NCBI GenBank assembly: GCA_965277715.1
Contig: OZ255836.1
Location: 1 to 64,000 of the forward strand
Direction of reading: 5' to 3'
Length of the DNA: 64,000 nt
DNA from: Gammaproteobacteria bacterium
GTDB taxonomy: Bacteria; Pseudomonadota; Gammaproteobacteria; JBCCGL01
Positions 24,585 through 36,488 of this stretch are shown one piece after another. Every line of letters begins with the position of its first letter. Position 1 is the stretch's first letter. Below the pieces are notes generated by a model. That model made no database searches, was not told the origin of the DNA, and worked only from the letters and a program-made list of their open reading frames with translations. A program made the position numbers and the translations under genes.

Positions 24585-25902
24585 GGTTCTTCCCCAATTA
24601 TTGTGAAGCCACCGGTTCCCTATCCAGCTTTCCGCAGTAAAACAAGATACTCCGCCGGTAACTTTCAAACGAACGAAATCCTCTTGCATTCGATTTGACT
24701 GTCTGAATTTTTGAATTCAAACCCTCTGACACGGCATTACTTATTGTGTGCTTAAACCATGTCAATATGTTCGGCATGTGCGTTTTTATCATCTTGGCCA
24801 CTTTCTTTATGCTGTCCAATCGGCACCGAATTGCCCACGCATACCATGCGCTAAAGAAACGCTTTGCCCAACCCGCTGTCTTATACGTCCAAAAATCACG
24901 AAACAGTTCTTTTATCGCCCAGGCTCGGGCTGTCAATAACTGATCATGCTTGAGTGACTCAAAGTGCTCGGCTGCTTTGTTAGACAAATTTTCTTCATTT
25001 TTTAACCAGTGATAACGACTCTTTTTCAACCGGCTATCGCCCTGTGACAAAAGGTCTCTATGTTCATCACGACGGACCTGATCCACCGCCTTATTCAGGT
25101 GTTGGCTAATATGAAAACGGTCGTGAACAATCGCACTGTCTGACAGTTTTACCTCAACAGCATTAATGAACGCAGGCCACCTATCAATCGCGACAGCTTT
25201 CACCTGTTCTCGCTGGTTATCCGTCAGCGCAACCTCCAACGCCTCCTCACAGGTTGCCTGGGTGCGATCTTTCACTCCATCCAATACTCGCCCTCCATCG
25301 ATATCATTGATGAGCGTCACATAGTCATGCCCTTTACGGTGGGACTTCTCATCAATACCCAGGTACTCAATTGTCACCAATTCCCGACGCGAAAGTCCCC
25401 GCTCGACAGCGCGGGCTTTGATGGCTTCCACTGCGTTCCAGCTAAGCCCCAGTAACTTACGCGCCTCTTCGACGCTACGTGAGGCTTGCAACACCCTGAT
25501 GGAAAATAATTCAAACAACAACGTAAAACGACTGCGCTTGCTTGCCCAGGGTAACACCATACTTTTAACACCATGCTCCAGACAATTTACTCGGGGAATG
25601 CGACTGTGTAGGCGCGTTTCAAACTGCATAGTATCCAGGTGTCTCCAGGATCGCTCTTGTGAACGGTGATCATAGAACGGACTCACTTCGCCACAGTGCG
25701 AACAAGGGCCGTGGTTGCCGCTAAATGCCAACGAAATGGATACTTTTAACCCTGAAGGGTCTAAATCAACTGATGTCACTGACCAATCATCTGTCAGACC
25801 CAGGAGCTGGCTGTAGTGTTCTTCAAGGCTCGATAGCACCGGAGTCTCTCAATAGCAAAGGGGGATGAAATACTATAACCTCACACAAACCGGGGAGGAA
25901 CC
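24585..25902 (-). mobile_element. ISL3-family element, copy 1 (transposase 24598-25839)
   Basis: GGTTCTTCCCC / GGGGAGGAACC ends; zinc finger, GIDE, VHDRFH and SNAVSEGLN motifs; no target duplication seen. Confidence 0.92.
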
Positions 25903-26206
25903 ACAAGATATACAGCAATCCTTAAACGCGATACGTAGCGAAATTGAACGTGTTGACGACGAAACAAAGTGGGCAGCACTAGAATTGATGCTAGGCACAA
26001 GCAGTAGTGTTGTAGCACTTGCTAAGAAGATGGCTAAACCAGAAACAAAGACGGTGACACGCACTGTAGCTGTTCCCAAGACTAAGATAGTCAAGCAAGA
26101 ACCACAGCAGCAAACGACTGCAAAAGACACTGAACGAACGGACTTTACACCTATTCGTCCACAACCATCGTTACCAAATCAACAAGACGACAGAGAAAAA
26201 CGCTGA
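25903..26206 (+). pseudogene. C-terminal part of an island hypothetical protein, 5' end lost at ISL3
   Basis: The ORF start lies inside ISL3; its last ~45 nt recur at 38344-38388. Confidence 0.5.
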
Positions 26207-26567
26207 AAACCATTCAAAACTGCACGGTTTGTTGCTGTTTAACTGTATGGTTGACACCATAACTGATTGGCATAGTGAGAAGCACTACAAATACTTTCCC
26301 TTACATACAATACGTTACAGCAGACGTAGAAAAAACGTGCTGTTCATCCCCTTAACAAATCTATAATATAAGACTGACACTTAACCGATGGAGGTGTGAG
26401 ATGAAATCTTATGACGAATTGAAAGCTGAAATAGAAGCAATTCAGCAGCAGATGGTTGAAGCTAAGAAGAACGAACGTGCTAATGCATTGAAAGAAGTAA
26501 AGCGTCTTTGCAAAGAGTTTGGTTTTACTGCTGGTATGCTGAAAGGTTCGCTAGCTGAAGGTAGAAA
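26162..26567 (+). repeat. Leader plus mini H-NS-like module, copy 1
   Basis: Aligns over ~400 bp with 38344-38749; contains TATAAT and GGAGGT before the ATG. Confidence 0.9.
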
Positions 26568-26583
26568 ATCTAATAAAAAATAG
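26401..26583 (+). CDS. Mini H-NS-like protein (oligomerisation region only)
   Basis: SYDELKAEIEAIQQQ...ERANALKEVKRLCKEFGFT resembles the N-terminus of HvrA/Bv3F-type H-NS proteins; no TWTGxGRxP DNA-binding motif; strong RBS. Confidence 0.7.
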   Translation: MKSYDELKAEIEAIQQQMVEAKKNERANALKEVKRLCKEFGFTAGMLKGSLAEGRKSNKK

Positions 26584-26637
26584 CCTTCTTTACTTTGCAA
26601 TGATTATAAATTCAGCTGAACAAGGTGGCTACATAAT

Positions 26638-28074
26638 ATGAGTGAAACGCAAGTCATTGCAGTCGATTTGGACGGCACCTTCACATTAACCGATACGTTG
26701 CATGAATCTGTACTTTCGTTAGTTCGGAATAAACCTTATTTATTGTTACTACTACCATTTTGGTTGTTTAAAGGTATTGCTTATCTTAAGCAAAAGGTTG
26801 CGGAGCACTCAGAATTAGATGTAACAACGCTGCCTTACAATCTGCCGCTCATTGATTGGTTGAGAGAAGAAAAGCTTAATGGCAAAAAGATCGTTTTAAG
26901 TACTGCTGCAAATGAAAACGTTGCACAAGCAGTTGTGAACTACTTTGATCTTTTTGATGAATTTATTGCTAGCGACGCAAACACTAATTTAAAAAGTGCT
27001 CATAAGCGAAATGCACTACAAGAAAGGTATGGAGATAAAGGTTACGATTATGCTGGCAATAGCACAGCCGACATTGAGGTTTGGGCTGGCGCTTCTAAGG
27101 CAATTGTCGTCAATGCAAGTGAAGGAGTTTTAAAAAAAGCGTTAAAAGTCGCTTCTACCGCTCGAACATTCCCCTCAGATGATGCTGGCATTACCGATTG
27201 GATAAGGGCATTACGCGTCCATCAATGGCTTAAAAATTTATTATTAGTCGTTCCATTATTAGCAGCACATCAGTTCGGCAACATACAGTCTCTTAGTTCA
27301 CTTATAATTGCTTTTATTTCATTTAGCTTATGTGCGTCTTCAGTCTACATAACAAACGATCTTTTCGATTTAGAAAGTGATCGTAGTCACCCACGCAAGA
27401 GGCATAGACCTTTCGCATCCGCAAAGTTACCAATCGTATATGGTGTAGCTATAGCGCCTTTATTAATAGGTGTAAGTATTGCTTTAGGGGCAATTGTTAG
27501 TTCCGATTTCTTAATTGTATTGTTGCTGTACCTTGTTCTGACAGTAGCATATTCGTTGGTTCTTAAACGTTTGGTGTTGGTGGACTGTTTGACGCTAGCA
27601 ACACTTTACACAGTTCGTATCATTGCTGGCGCTGCTGCAGTATCCGTATCAGTCTCGTTTTGGTTGCTAGCTTTTTCCATTTTTATCTTTTTATCGTTAG
27701 CGCTTGTCAAACGCTATGCAGAGCTTGTAGTTCAGTCGCAAGAAGGCAAAAGTGGCGCACACGGAAGGGGATATCTAGTTTCAGATGCATCCCTATTGCA
27801 GACATTAGGGGTATCGTCTGGTTATATTTCTGCATTGGTCATAGCGTTGTATTTGCGTAGTGAAGACGTAGTGTTATTATATTCACAGCCATTAGCAATC
27901 TGGTTATTGATTCCAATACTTTTGTTTTGGGTAAGTTGGGTTTGGTTAAAATCCGCTAGAGGTGAGATGCACGATGATCCCATCGTTTTTGCGGCTAAGG
28001 ATAAAGCAAGTCTCTTAGTAGCTGCGATTACAGCCATTGTGTTTATATACGCTGCTATTGGAATGGAAATTTGA
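26638..28074 (+). CDS. HAD-like phosphatase fused to UbiA-family polyprenyl-phosphate phosphoribosyltransferase
   Basis: N-terminal VDLDGT; RVHQWLKN, NDLFDLESDRSHPRKRHRPFAS, KRYAE and MHDDP motifs. Confidence 0.88.
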   Translation: MSETQVIAVDLDGTFTLTDTLHESVLSLVRNKPYLLLLLPFWLFKGIAYLKQKVAEHSELDVTTLPYNLPLIDWLREEKLNGKKIVLSTAANENVAQAVVNYFDLFDEFIASDANTNLKSAHKRNALQERYGDKGYDYAGNSTADIEVWAGASKAIVVNASEGVLKKALKVASTARTFPSDDAGITDWIRALRVHQWLKNLLLVVPLLAAHQFGNIQSLSSLIIAFISFSLCASSVYITNDLFDLESDRSHPRKRHRPFASAKLPIVYGVAIAPLLIGVSIALGAIVSSDFLIVLLLYLVLTVAYSLVLKRLVLVDCLTLATLYTVRIIAGAAAVSVSVSFWLLAFSIFIFLSLALVKRYAELVVQSQEGKSGAHGRGYLVSDASLLQTLGVSSGYISALVIALYLRSEDVVLLYSQPLAIWLLIPILLFWVSWVWLKSARGEMHDDPIVFAAKDKASLLVAAITAIVFIYAAIGMEI

Positions 28075-28502
28075 TGACCAAAACAGCAGCTAAAATTGCG
28101 GTGCTTTATACGCTTTTTGCCGTGCTATCAACTGCCATCAATATAGGTTCTCAGATGGTATCAATTTGGGCTTACAACGGGCCTTTTTCTGTCGAGATAT
28201 CTATCTTAGTTGGTACAGCCATGGGGTTACCACTGCGCTACTTTTTAGAAAAACGCTACATATTTACTTTTACGAGCAAGAATCTGGCACATGATGGGAA
28301 GCTGTTCGTTTTTTATAGTGCAATGGGGGTGATAACAACGCTGATTTTCTGGGGCACAGAGTATGCTTTCCACCTTATCTACGATACAGATTTTATGCGA
28401 TACGTAGGTGGTATTGTCGGACTTTCTATAGGTTTCTATGTTAAATACCAGTTGGATAAAAAGTATGTGTTTGTGAATAGTTTCCGTGAGACTGTTAAAT
28501 GA
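28074..28502 (+). CDS. GtrA-family flippase-like protein
   Basis: Small 4-TM protein ending YQLDKKYVF; coupled to the UbiA gene by a TGATG overlap. Confidence 0.85.
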   Translation: MTKTAAKIAVLYTLFAVLSTAINIGSQMVSIWAYNGPFSVEISILVGTAMGLPLRYFLEKRYIFTFTSKNLAHDGKLFVFYSAMGVITTLIFWGTEYAFHLIYDTDFMRYVGGIVGLSIGFYVKYQLDKKYVFVNSFRETVK

Positions 28503-29809
28503 CGTATCTAACCAAAATTAGCGGATGGGGTAATTACCCTCAACAAGAAGCGCAGTTGCTAATGCCGTCTTCATGTTCGTCTTTAACTGCATTAGTAAGG
28601 CAAGAGAAAACCATCATACCTCGAGGCATGGGGCGCAGTTACGGTGATAGTGCTAATGCGTCAAAAGTGCTGCAGACGTCCTACTGCGATCACTTTATTG
28701 AATTTGATGAAGATACTGGCAAGCTTACAGCTGAAGCTGGTATTACTCTAAGAGAAATATTAAAACTGATTGTGCCCAAAGGATGGTTTTTACCAGTAAC
28801 GCCTGGAACTAGTTATGTAACTTTGGGCGGCGCAATAGCAAGTGATGTGCATGGTAAAAATCATCATATCGCTGGTACCTTTGGGCAGCACGTCACATCA
28901 TTATGCATGGTGTTAGGGACGGGCGAAGTTGTAACAGTATCTCCGCAAGACAAGGTTGATTTGTTTCATGCTACATGTGGAGGTATGGGGCTTACTGGCG
29001 TGATTATCAGTGCAACTATTCAACTGCTTCCTATTCGATCTTCCTATATCAACCAAAAGACGATTAAGGCGGATTGCATTGAAGCCGCATGCGAAGCTTT
29101 TGAAGATAATTGTAGCTCCACTTACAGCGTGGCATGGATAGATTGTCTTGCCAAAGGAAAAAGCCTTGGACGGAGTGTTCTTATGCTTGGAGAGCATGCA
29201 GATAAGGGCGAATTGGAAGTGGATATAAAACATCCAGTAGTTGTCCCCTTTAATATCCCATCTGCATTACTTAACAGCATGACAATGAAGGCTTTTAACG
29301 GTGCCTATTGGCACAAGTCGAAACATAACCAAAGTCAGATGACACCGCTGATGCCTTACTTTTATCCGTTAGATGCGGTGGGTGCTTGGAATAAGTTGTA
29401 CGGTAAACATGGGTTTCTACAATTTCAGTGCGTGATACCCAAGGACGATGGCGTTGCAAACATGCGGAAGCTGTTAACAGAGATTTCAAACAGTGGAGAA
29501 GGTTCATTCCTTGCAGTGCTTAAGCAGTTCGGTAAAGCCAATGACAACCTTCTTTCTTTTCCGACTGAAGGTTACACATTAGCTTTAGATTTTAAGTTAA
29601 CCGCATCAACAATAGAGACGTTACGTAGACTCGAAGGGATAGTGGTAGATATGGGTGGAAGGCTTTACTTAACGAAAGATGCTGTAATGCAAGAAGATAC
29701 GTTTAAAACGACATACCCAAATTGGGAAAAATTCGAGTCTGTGCGAGAAAATTATGGTGCCATTGGCAAGTTCAGCTCTTCGCAGTCAAAACGATTGGGA
29801 TTAGCATGA
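28499..29809 (+). CDS. FAD-linked oxidoreductase, DprE1-like
   Basis: RGMGRSYGD, PVTPGT, DVHGKNHH, GGMGLTG, YSVAWID, LAVLKQF and GRLYLTKD motifs. Confidence 0.88.
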   Translation: MTYLTKISGWGNYPQQEAQLLMPSSCSSLTALVRQEKTIIPRGMGRSYGDSANASKVLQTSYCDHFIEFDEDTGKLTAEAGITLREILKLIVPKGWFLPVTPGTSYVTLGGAIASDVHGKNHHIAGTFGQHVTSLCMVLGTGEVVTVSPQDKVDLFHATCGGMGLTGVIISATIQLLPIRSSYINQKTIKADCIEAACEAFEDNCSSTYSVAWIDCLAKGKSLGRSVLMLGEHADKGELEVDIKHPVVVPFNIPSALLNSMTMKAFNGAYWHKSKHNQSQMTPLMPYFYPLDAVGAWNKLYGKHGFLQFQCVIPKDDGVANMRKLLTEISNSGEGSFLAVLKQFGKANDNLLSFPTEGYTLALDFKLTASTIETLRRLEGIVVDMGGRLYLTKDAVMQEDTFKTTYPNWEKFESVRENYGAIGKFSSSQSKRLGLA

Positions 29810-30543
29810 AGAAAGTTTTAATTATTGGTGCAACGTCTGCAATTGCTGAACACTGTTCTAGGATATGGGCTGCTAAGGGTTATGCATTGCGTTTGGTGGC
29901 TAGAAATGAAGATCGTGTTCAAACTATTGCAGATGACTTGAAAGTGCGTGGAGCATCAGAAGTTACGACATATTGTAATGATTTAAACGATATGGAGAAG
30001 TATGATGAACTACTTGATAAAGCAGATGATGCATTGGGTAGCGTAGACATCGTGTTGGTTGCGCACGGTACACTTTCAAATCAAAAAGCGTGTGAACTTA
30101 GTGTCGAAGAAACATTGGCTGAAATACAGACAAATGCGCTTTCTACCGTCAGCTTATTAACGCTAATCGCAAACCGATTTGAGGCGAAAAGAAATGGAAC
30201 TATTTGCGTAATTTCTTCGGTTGCTGGCGATAGAGGAAGAGCTAGTAACTATGTTTACGGATCAGCTAAGGCGATGGTTACATCATTCACTTCTGGTTTA
30301 CGACAGCGACTACACAAGTCTAACGTTGCGGTTGTCACAATAAAGCCTGGATTTGTGGATACACCAATGACTGCTGAGTTTAAAAAGGGATTTCTTTGGG
30401 CTAAGCCTAATGCGGTTGCTGCAGCGATTGTAAAGGCGATTGAGAACAAGAGTGGAGAAGTTTATGTGCCAAGGTTTTGGGGGGTGATAATGATGTTGAT
30501 TACTTCTATTCCAACCAAACTATTTAGGAATCTTTCACTATGA
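29806..30543 (+). CDS. Short-chain reductase, DprE2-like
   Basis: GATSAIA, SSVAGDRGRASNYVYGSAK and KPGFVDTPMT motifs; ATGA overlap. Confidence 0.88.
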   Translation: MKKVLIIGATSAIAEHCSRIWAAKGYALRLVARNEDRVQTIADDLKVRGASEVTTYCNDLNDMEKYDELLDKADDALGSVDIVLVAHGTLSNQKACELSVEETLAEIQTNALSTVSLLTLIANRFEAKRNGTICVISSVAGDRGRASNYVYGSAKAMVTSFTSGLRQRLHKSNVAVVTIKPGFVDTPMTAEFKKGFLWAKPNAVAAAIVKAIENKSGEVYVPRFWGVIMMLITSIPTKLFRNLSL

Positions 30544-31997
30544 CATCCAGTACAGAATTTAAACATGAACTAGCTCCTAAGATTTGGTTTACATTTGCTT
30601 TGGCGCTTATCTTTGGCGGCATATTGGCAACCATTATTTTCGTTTCTACACCCTATTCTTATTGGCTCGATGAGCTCTACAGTGTTACTGCTTCTAATGA
30701 AAATTTTTCATCTCTTTACCTTATCTTACTTGGAGATGTACACCCGCCCCTGTATCAAATTACTTTAAAACTATGGATATCACTTTTTGGAGATAGTGAG
30801 TTTTCTACTCGATGCTTAAGCATGTTGTTTTCAATCATTGCAGCAGCTTACCTTTATCTGAAAACATCAAAGTATGGAAGATTTAACGGTCTAGTAATAA
30901 TTTTGTTTTTTACTACGAATTGGCTTGTCGTATATTATGGAAATGAGGTTCGTTCTTACGCAATGATGTTGTTTTTTGCAACACTTTTAGCTTCAAATCT
31001 TCCCGCAGAAAATGAAAAGCCATCGTTAGTTTTCTATACATCAAGTGTTTTGCTTTCTCTTACACATTATTTTGGATTTTTGATGGCAGGGGTTACTTTA
31101 GCAGTTTATTTCTTTACTCATTTGAGAAGGCCGCAATATATTATTCCTGTCATTTGTGTTGGTATTCTTTGTCTTGTTTGGCCCGTCAATCATGTAATAA
31201 ATGGCGATATACTGAACAAAACAAATGGAAATTTTTGGATAGAGGTTGATGGTTTTTTAGATAGTTTTTCAATAGCTGCCAATGGTTTTATTCCCAAAAC
31301 AGGGATGGTGGGTGGAGTAATATTAATTTTTGGTTTGTTGGTTTCATTGATTACCATTCGACGCAAAGTGAATGTCACGGATACTTGTGATCGTTCTTTT
31401 TTACAAAAAGCATATACGACAACACTCACTTCTCTTATTTTATTAATTTTGGTCGCGATTATTGATGTTTGGAGCCCAATGTCGACTACCAGAAATTACA
31501 TCGTATTGGTGCCATTTGTTAGTATAACCCTAGCCGCTACGGTTTTATGTCTTATGCAGTCATATGCTAATGCTAAAAACTTGTTACTAAGTCTTTTGAT
31601 TGTCTTTTGTTCACTTAGTTTGCTTGCATCTGCTTACAAAATTCATACTAAGTCTATTGGCATTCAAGACTGGCGTGGTGCATCAATGTTTATCGTAAAT
31701 AATCATGATGGAAGGAATGTTTACTTTGTATCACATGGTGAGACGAATAAATGGAAATATCTAATATCAAATTATTATTTGAAATTATTAAGTAACGGCA
31801 CTTTGCACGCCGATCAGTACGTTGTTGGTGACACGATACTAAATAGCCCATCAATGGTTCTTTTTGGTCACTTAAATGACTATGAAGCAGATATGTTAAA
31901 AAAAAATATGGATGCAGTTGGAGCCGTTCAAAGCTATAGTCGAGGTCTTCCAATTGATCAGAATAGAGGTCAAATTGGAGTTTATGTTATAGATTGA
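30540..31997 (+). CDS. GT-C fold membrane glycosyltransferase (putative arabinofuranosyltransferase)
   Basis: SYWLDE...DVHPPLY, EVRSYA and THYFG motifs; about 11 TM helices; ATGA overlap. Confidence 0.75.
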   Translation: MTSSTEFKHELAPKIWFTFALALIFGGILATIIFVSTPYSYWLDELYSVTASNENFSSLYLILLGDVHPPLYQITLKLWISLFGDSEFSTRCLSMLFSIIAAAYLYLKTSKYGRFNGLVIILFFTTNWLVVYYGNEVRSYAMMLFFATLLASNLPAENEKPSLVFYTSSVLLSLTHYFGFLMAGVTLAVYFFTHLRRPQYIIPVICVGILCLVWPVNHVINGDILNKTNGNFWIEVDGFLDSFSIAANGFIPKTGMVGGVILIFGLLVSLITIRRKVNVTDTCDRSFLQKAYTTTLTSLILLILVAIIDVWSPMSTTRNYIVLVPFVSITLAATVLCLMQSYANAKNLLLSLLIVFCSLSLLASAYKIHTKSIGIQDWRGASMFIVNNHDGRNVYFVSHGETNKWKYLISNYYLKLLSNGTLHADQYVVGDTILNSPSMVLFGHLNDYEADMLKKNMDAVGAVQSYSRGLPIDQNRGQIGVYVID

Positions 31998-32164
31998 TTG
32001 GGGCTTTTATCTGCTGTAACGCTAATAATATGTAGTGTAAAGTTTTCTTGATTATATTTTAACTAATGCCTTAACGTTTATATTAAGAAAATTTCGCTGC
32101 AGTAGAAAATTAACTAGTGATGGTTCATTTTAAAAGCTGGCAATGCATAAGGTTCTAGTTGATC

Positions 32165-33310
32165 GGGTATGACCTTAATTTGATGTTGTATTTAAGCGGC
32201 GATAGGCAAACCAAATTGACCGACCTTTTGCCAAAACTGCTGCCATCTGCCAGTACTATAGTTTATGCAGCGTAAACCTAACACGGCTGCCGCCCCTTTT
32301 TCTTTCCACTTCATTGCACAACCACATAACCGTTGTTTCACAATCACCTTGCAAGCCGCTTCCGTTACACCCGAACCAATGGGTAAGCTATTTTTTACAT
32401 TATGAGCATATTTCATCTTATCTTTGTTGTTTGTAAAATAGGTGATAACAGAATTAAGGGCATTTCGTTTCTCTTTCGATAGATCACTGTTATTGCCAAA
32501 AGCCACCATTTCGTTCAGTAACCGCGTTGCCGAACCCACACAGTGCTTTAGCTTATGGCAAGATTGATCAAGCCATTCACTCCTATCTAACGCGTTTCTT
32601 TTTCCATGAAACATCACATGAGCGGCTTTTCCAAGGTATTCGCTCACATGCCAAAAGTCGATTGTTTGGGTATGAGTATGTCGCTTTAAAAAAGGCCAAT
32701 TACATTTCGCACCATCAGCAATTCCTACATAGTGGGCATCAGAGTAGTACTTCTTTACTTTGATGATCGCCTGTTCAAAACGCCCCAAAAAGGTCTCCTT
32801 GCCATACTCAGGCGTAGCCGCCATATAGGTGGTATGTTGTCTATCACCCTTTTTGTCATAAAAAGCAATGGTGCCCACCATTGCTTCACGATAGCCTTCA
32901 TTGCAAAGCAGCATACAAGTACCATCCATCCCTATCGATACCGTTTTCACCGGATAGGCCATCTTGGGCAGCTCATCGTTCCACTGTGCTTCCTTAGCCG
33001 TAACCACCGCACTCACCGCCTCAGCGATATCTTGTATAAAACAACGTGCCACTTTCCTACTATGGTTTTCTTCAAGGTCAGCTCTAACACGCGATGCACC
33101 AAGGTCGGCATATTTTGAAGAGACCATCTTGGCAAATTTGGGGGTCGAGGAAATGATAATACGGGCATTGGCATCAACAGGGCAATACGTCTTTCCCCCT
33201 TTTGAACCTTGATAAACAGGGCGTTGTATATCTACTGCTCCATAAGGCGTTTGATATATTTTTGATTCTTTACCCTTGCTGGTAAATTTAGTGCTGCCCA
33301 CTATTATAGG
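32165..33310 (-). mobile_element. ISKra4-family element, 5'-truncated by an IS4-like element
   Basis: MDG, ADGA, IDFWH and PIGSGVTEAACK...RL motifs; the ORF's apparent start lies in the neighbouring IS. Confidence 0.8.
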
Positions 33311-34861
33311 CATGGGTGTACCACTAGAATCTTGCCAGGAAGCTAATAACGCAATGAATAACACCTGAAAAGAGCCGCCATAAGCTACAAATAGTATTTT
33401 TTATAATATTTGTACTGTTTTTTTATAAACCGATAACAAGCTTTATAATTAATAAAATAAATAAAATTATCTAAAAAAAACACTTGAATTCACCAGCAGA
33501 ATTTTTTTTAAAATACCCATTTAATATCTGATTAAATGGGCAAATTGAATATGAACGAAATGATGACCGTTGAAGAATATATCACCGAACACTGTAAAAT
33601 AAGTATGGAAAAAGCAATTGCTGCTGAACGCTTCCCTTTATGGAAAAGATCATGCGATTCCATTGATGACGTAGCTTTTTCTCGACATGGGTTACTTCAC
33701 TGTATAAGTCTTGTACATAGTGGTCGTCACTATCTACAGGTTACGGATGAAATATACGACGAGACAATTTGTCATTCAAGCTATTTTAACGCATTGAAGT
33801 CGACAAGACGGATGAAGATGATGCAAGCCATGGAAAAGCAAAGCTATCAACTGCAAAGTGAGAAATTATCTTCTTTGGACATTGATTATTTAAAACAATT
33901 TCCTGAACTTGAAGAATATCGAGTAGAAGCAGCTGATGGTCATTTTATACAGCATGCTTGTCACACAGAGAAAAATCGTCAGGGCAACGTCTTCGCAGCA
34001 GGCTTTATTCATGCCTTGAACCTCAGAAATGGACTTCTAAGACCACTTTGTGTCGTGACTAACGGTACTGAACGACACCAGGAAATACCCGCGTTACGTT
34101 CTTATATTGAACAACGTTGTGGCGAAAAAGAGACTTGGCAAAAGCATCTCTATATATACGATAAGGCGGTGACTGATTATGCATGGTGGGAAAAACAAAA
34201 ACAGCATCAGAATTTTATGATTTCAGTACTCAAAGAAAATGCAGTTGCAACTTTTGTCAACTCTATACCCTATGACCAGGGTAGTGAAATTAATACAGGG
34301 GTTGAAGGCTATAGTGTATATAAAAATAAAAAGGTCCAATTTCATATTGTTAAATACCGCGACCCAGAAACAGGTCAATTACATCAATTTATTTCAACGC
34401 TACCAGAGTCAATTAACCAAGGCACTATTGCTATGCTCTATTACAAGCGTTGGACGATAGAAAAATCATTCAACAATAGTAAAAGTGATTTCACCGAAAG
34501 AAAAGCCTGGTCTTCAAACCTGAATGCGCTGAACAGTCAAATGCGTTTTACTGCTATGGCCTATAATATCATGCGTATTTTTGAAGAAACATCAAAAACA
34601 AAGAACCTGGACTGTATTCATCCATCTGATAAAAAATACACTAAAATACACTAAAATGCTTGATAAGAGACAACAAATTGCCCAGAAAAAAGGCGGCTTT
34701 GTTAATCCATTGTTTTTTTACGCTAGAATTACCCGTATATGCTCATTCACCATCCGCTCTCTGCAAAATGCAATAATGACAAGAAAGTCCCTTAGAACTA
34801 TTATGCATAGCTTAGTGAGGCATTTAAAACCTCGACAGCCAGGAATTTTGAAACACTGATG
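33311..34861 (+). mobile_element. IS4-like DDE element, copy 1 (transposase 33536-34859 with a 3' frameshift)
   Basis: CATGGGTGT / ACACTGATG ends; ADGH, YDKA and YYKRWTIEKSF motifs; flanks do not match each other. Confidence 0.8.
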
Positions 34862-34886
34862 ACCATGTTAGTAAAACTGCAATGGT

Positions 34887-36488
34887 CCCTGTGTGTCAAC
34901 CTCACCTCAAGCCACTATGATTTAAGTTAACATCTAAATCAGGGCAGCTATCGAGAGTGAGAACAATGCCAAAACCAATGTTAGATAAACCACAACCTGA
35001 GTCATGTGAGATCAAGCCTGATCGGACACTTGAGAAAAAGACTCGCCGCACTTTTACAGCAGCCTATAAGCTAAAGATGATCAATCAAGCTGATGCTTGC
35101 CAGCATGGACAGCTTGGCGCTTTGCTACGCCGTGAGAAGCTTTACTCCAATCAATTGTCTCAGTGGCGAAGAGAACTGGCCGAAGGCGGTTTGTCAGGGC
35201 TATCAAAAAGCGCGCCCGGCCCTGCACCGCAAATGACGTCTGAGCAGCGCCGGATAGCGCAGCTTGAAAAACAAGTAAACCGTCTGGAAAAACAAATCGC
35301 CCTTAAGGATGACTGTCTGGAACTCCAAAAAAAAGCCTTGGCGATGCTCGACCGATTGAACAGCGGGATCGAGCAGTGAATACCGCGTTGACTGACCGCC
35401 CACCCTCAGTGTCCCAACGTCTGGCTTGTAAGGTATTGGCATTGTCACGGTCACACGTCCGGGCCAAGCAAAGCCGCCGCCATTTCTGTGGCCCTCCCAA
35501 ACCAGCAGGAACCGTGCGAATCACTTGCCATCAGCCACGCCAACTGAGTGAAGAAGAATGCTCTGTGGTATTGAATACGCTCAATAGTGAAGCGTTCTAT
35601 GATCAACCACCGGCGCAGGTTTACCATACCTTGCTGAGTCGCCGTATTTACCTCTGCTCCATCAGCACCATGCACCGCCTGCTGCGTCAGTCCGATCAGT
35701 CGGGGGAACGCCGAAAACAGCGTCCTGGGCAAACCAACGCAGTGCCAAGGCTTTCGGCCAGTCAGCCTAATGAGGTCTGGACATGGGATATTACAAAATT
35801 GGCCACCGTTAAGCGCGGCGTTTATTTATCGCTCTATGTGGTGATGGATTTATTCAGTCGCTACATCGTGGCCTGGATGCTTTCCCATAAAGAAAACAGT
35901 GCACTGGCACAGCAGCTCATTCAGGAGGCCAGTACACGTTACGCGATTAGACCCGACCAGCTGACGCTGCATCAGGATCGAGGGGCACCGATGACCGCAC
36001 ATTGCTACCTTGACTTACTGGGCGAGTTGGCGGTCACCGCTAGCCACAGCAGACCCCGCGTGAGTAATGACAATCCTCATAGTGAAAGCCAATTTCGAAC
36101 ACTGAAGTATCAGCCTGACTACCCGCGTCGCTTTGATAGCTATAGCCATGCCAATGGATGGTGCACTGAGTATATTGATTGGTATAACCATCAGCACTGT
36201 CACAGTGCGTTGGAGGGCTTCACACCTTGTCAGGTGTTTACTGGGCAGTACATACCACTCAGTGAGGTTCGTCAGCAGGCACTCAATGAAAAGTATGTCC
36301 AACATGCAGAGCGATTTGTCAATCAGCGGCCTGTTGTCAGGATGCCGCCTGCGAAGGTCTACATTAATCCCGTGCGCGATGAACTGGGTAATATAGATCA
36401 CGATGCACCCGTCAACTTCCCAACACTAAATCGGGCTAAATATATGGTAACTTGAGTAACTGTGGCTTGAAACAGGTTGACACCTTCC
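34887..36488 (+). mobile_element. IS3-like two-ORF element, type B (orfA 34957-35379, orfB 35376-36455), nested in a type A remnant
   Basis: WTWDIT, HQDRG and DNPHSES motifs; inserted in ...GCAATGGT|TGGGTG of type A orfB with an apparent GGT duplication. Confidence 0.88.
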
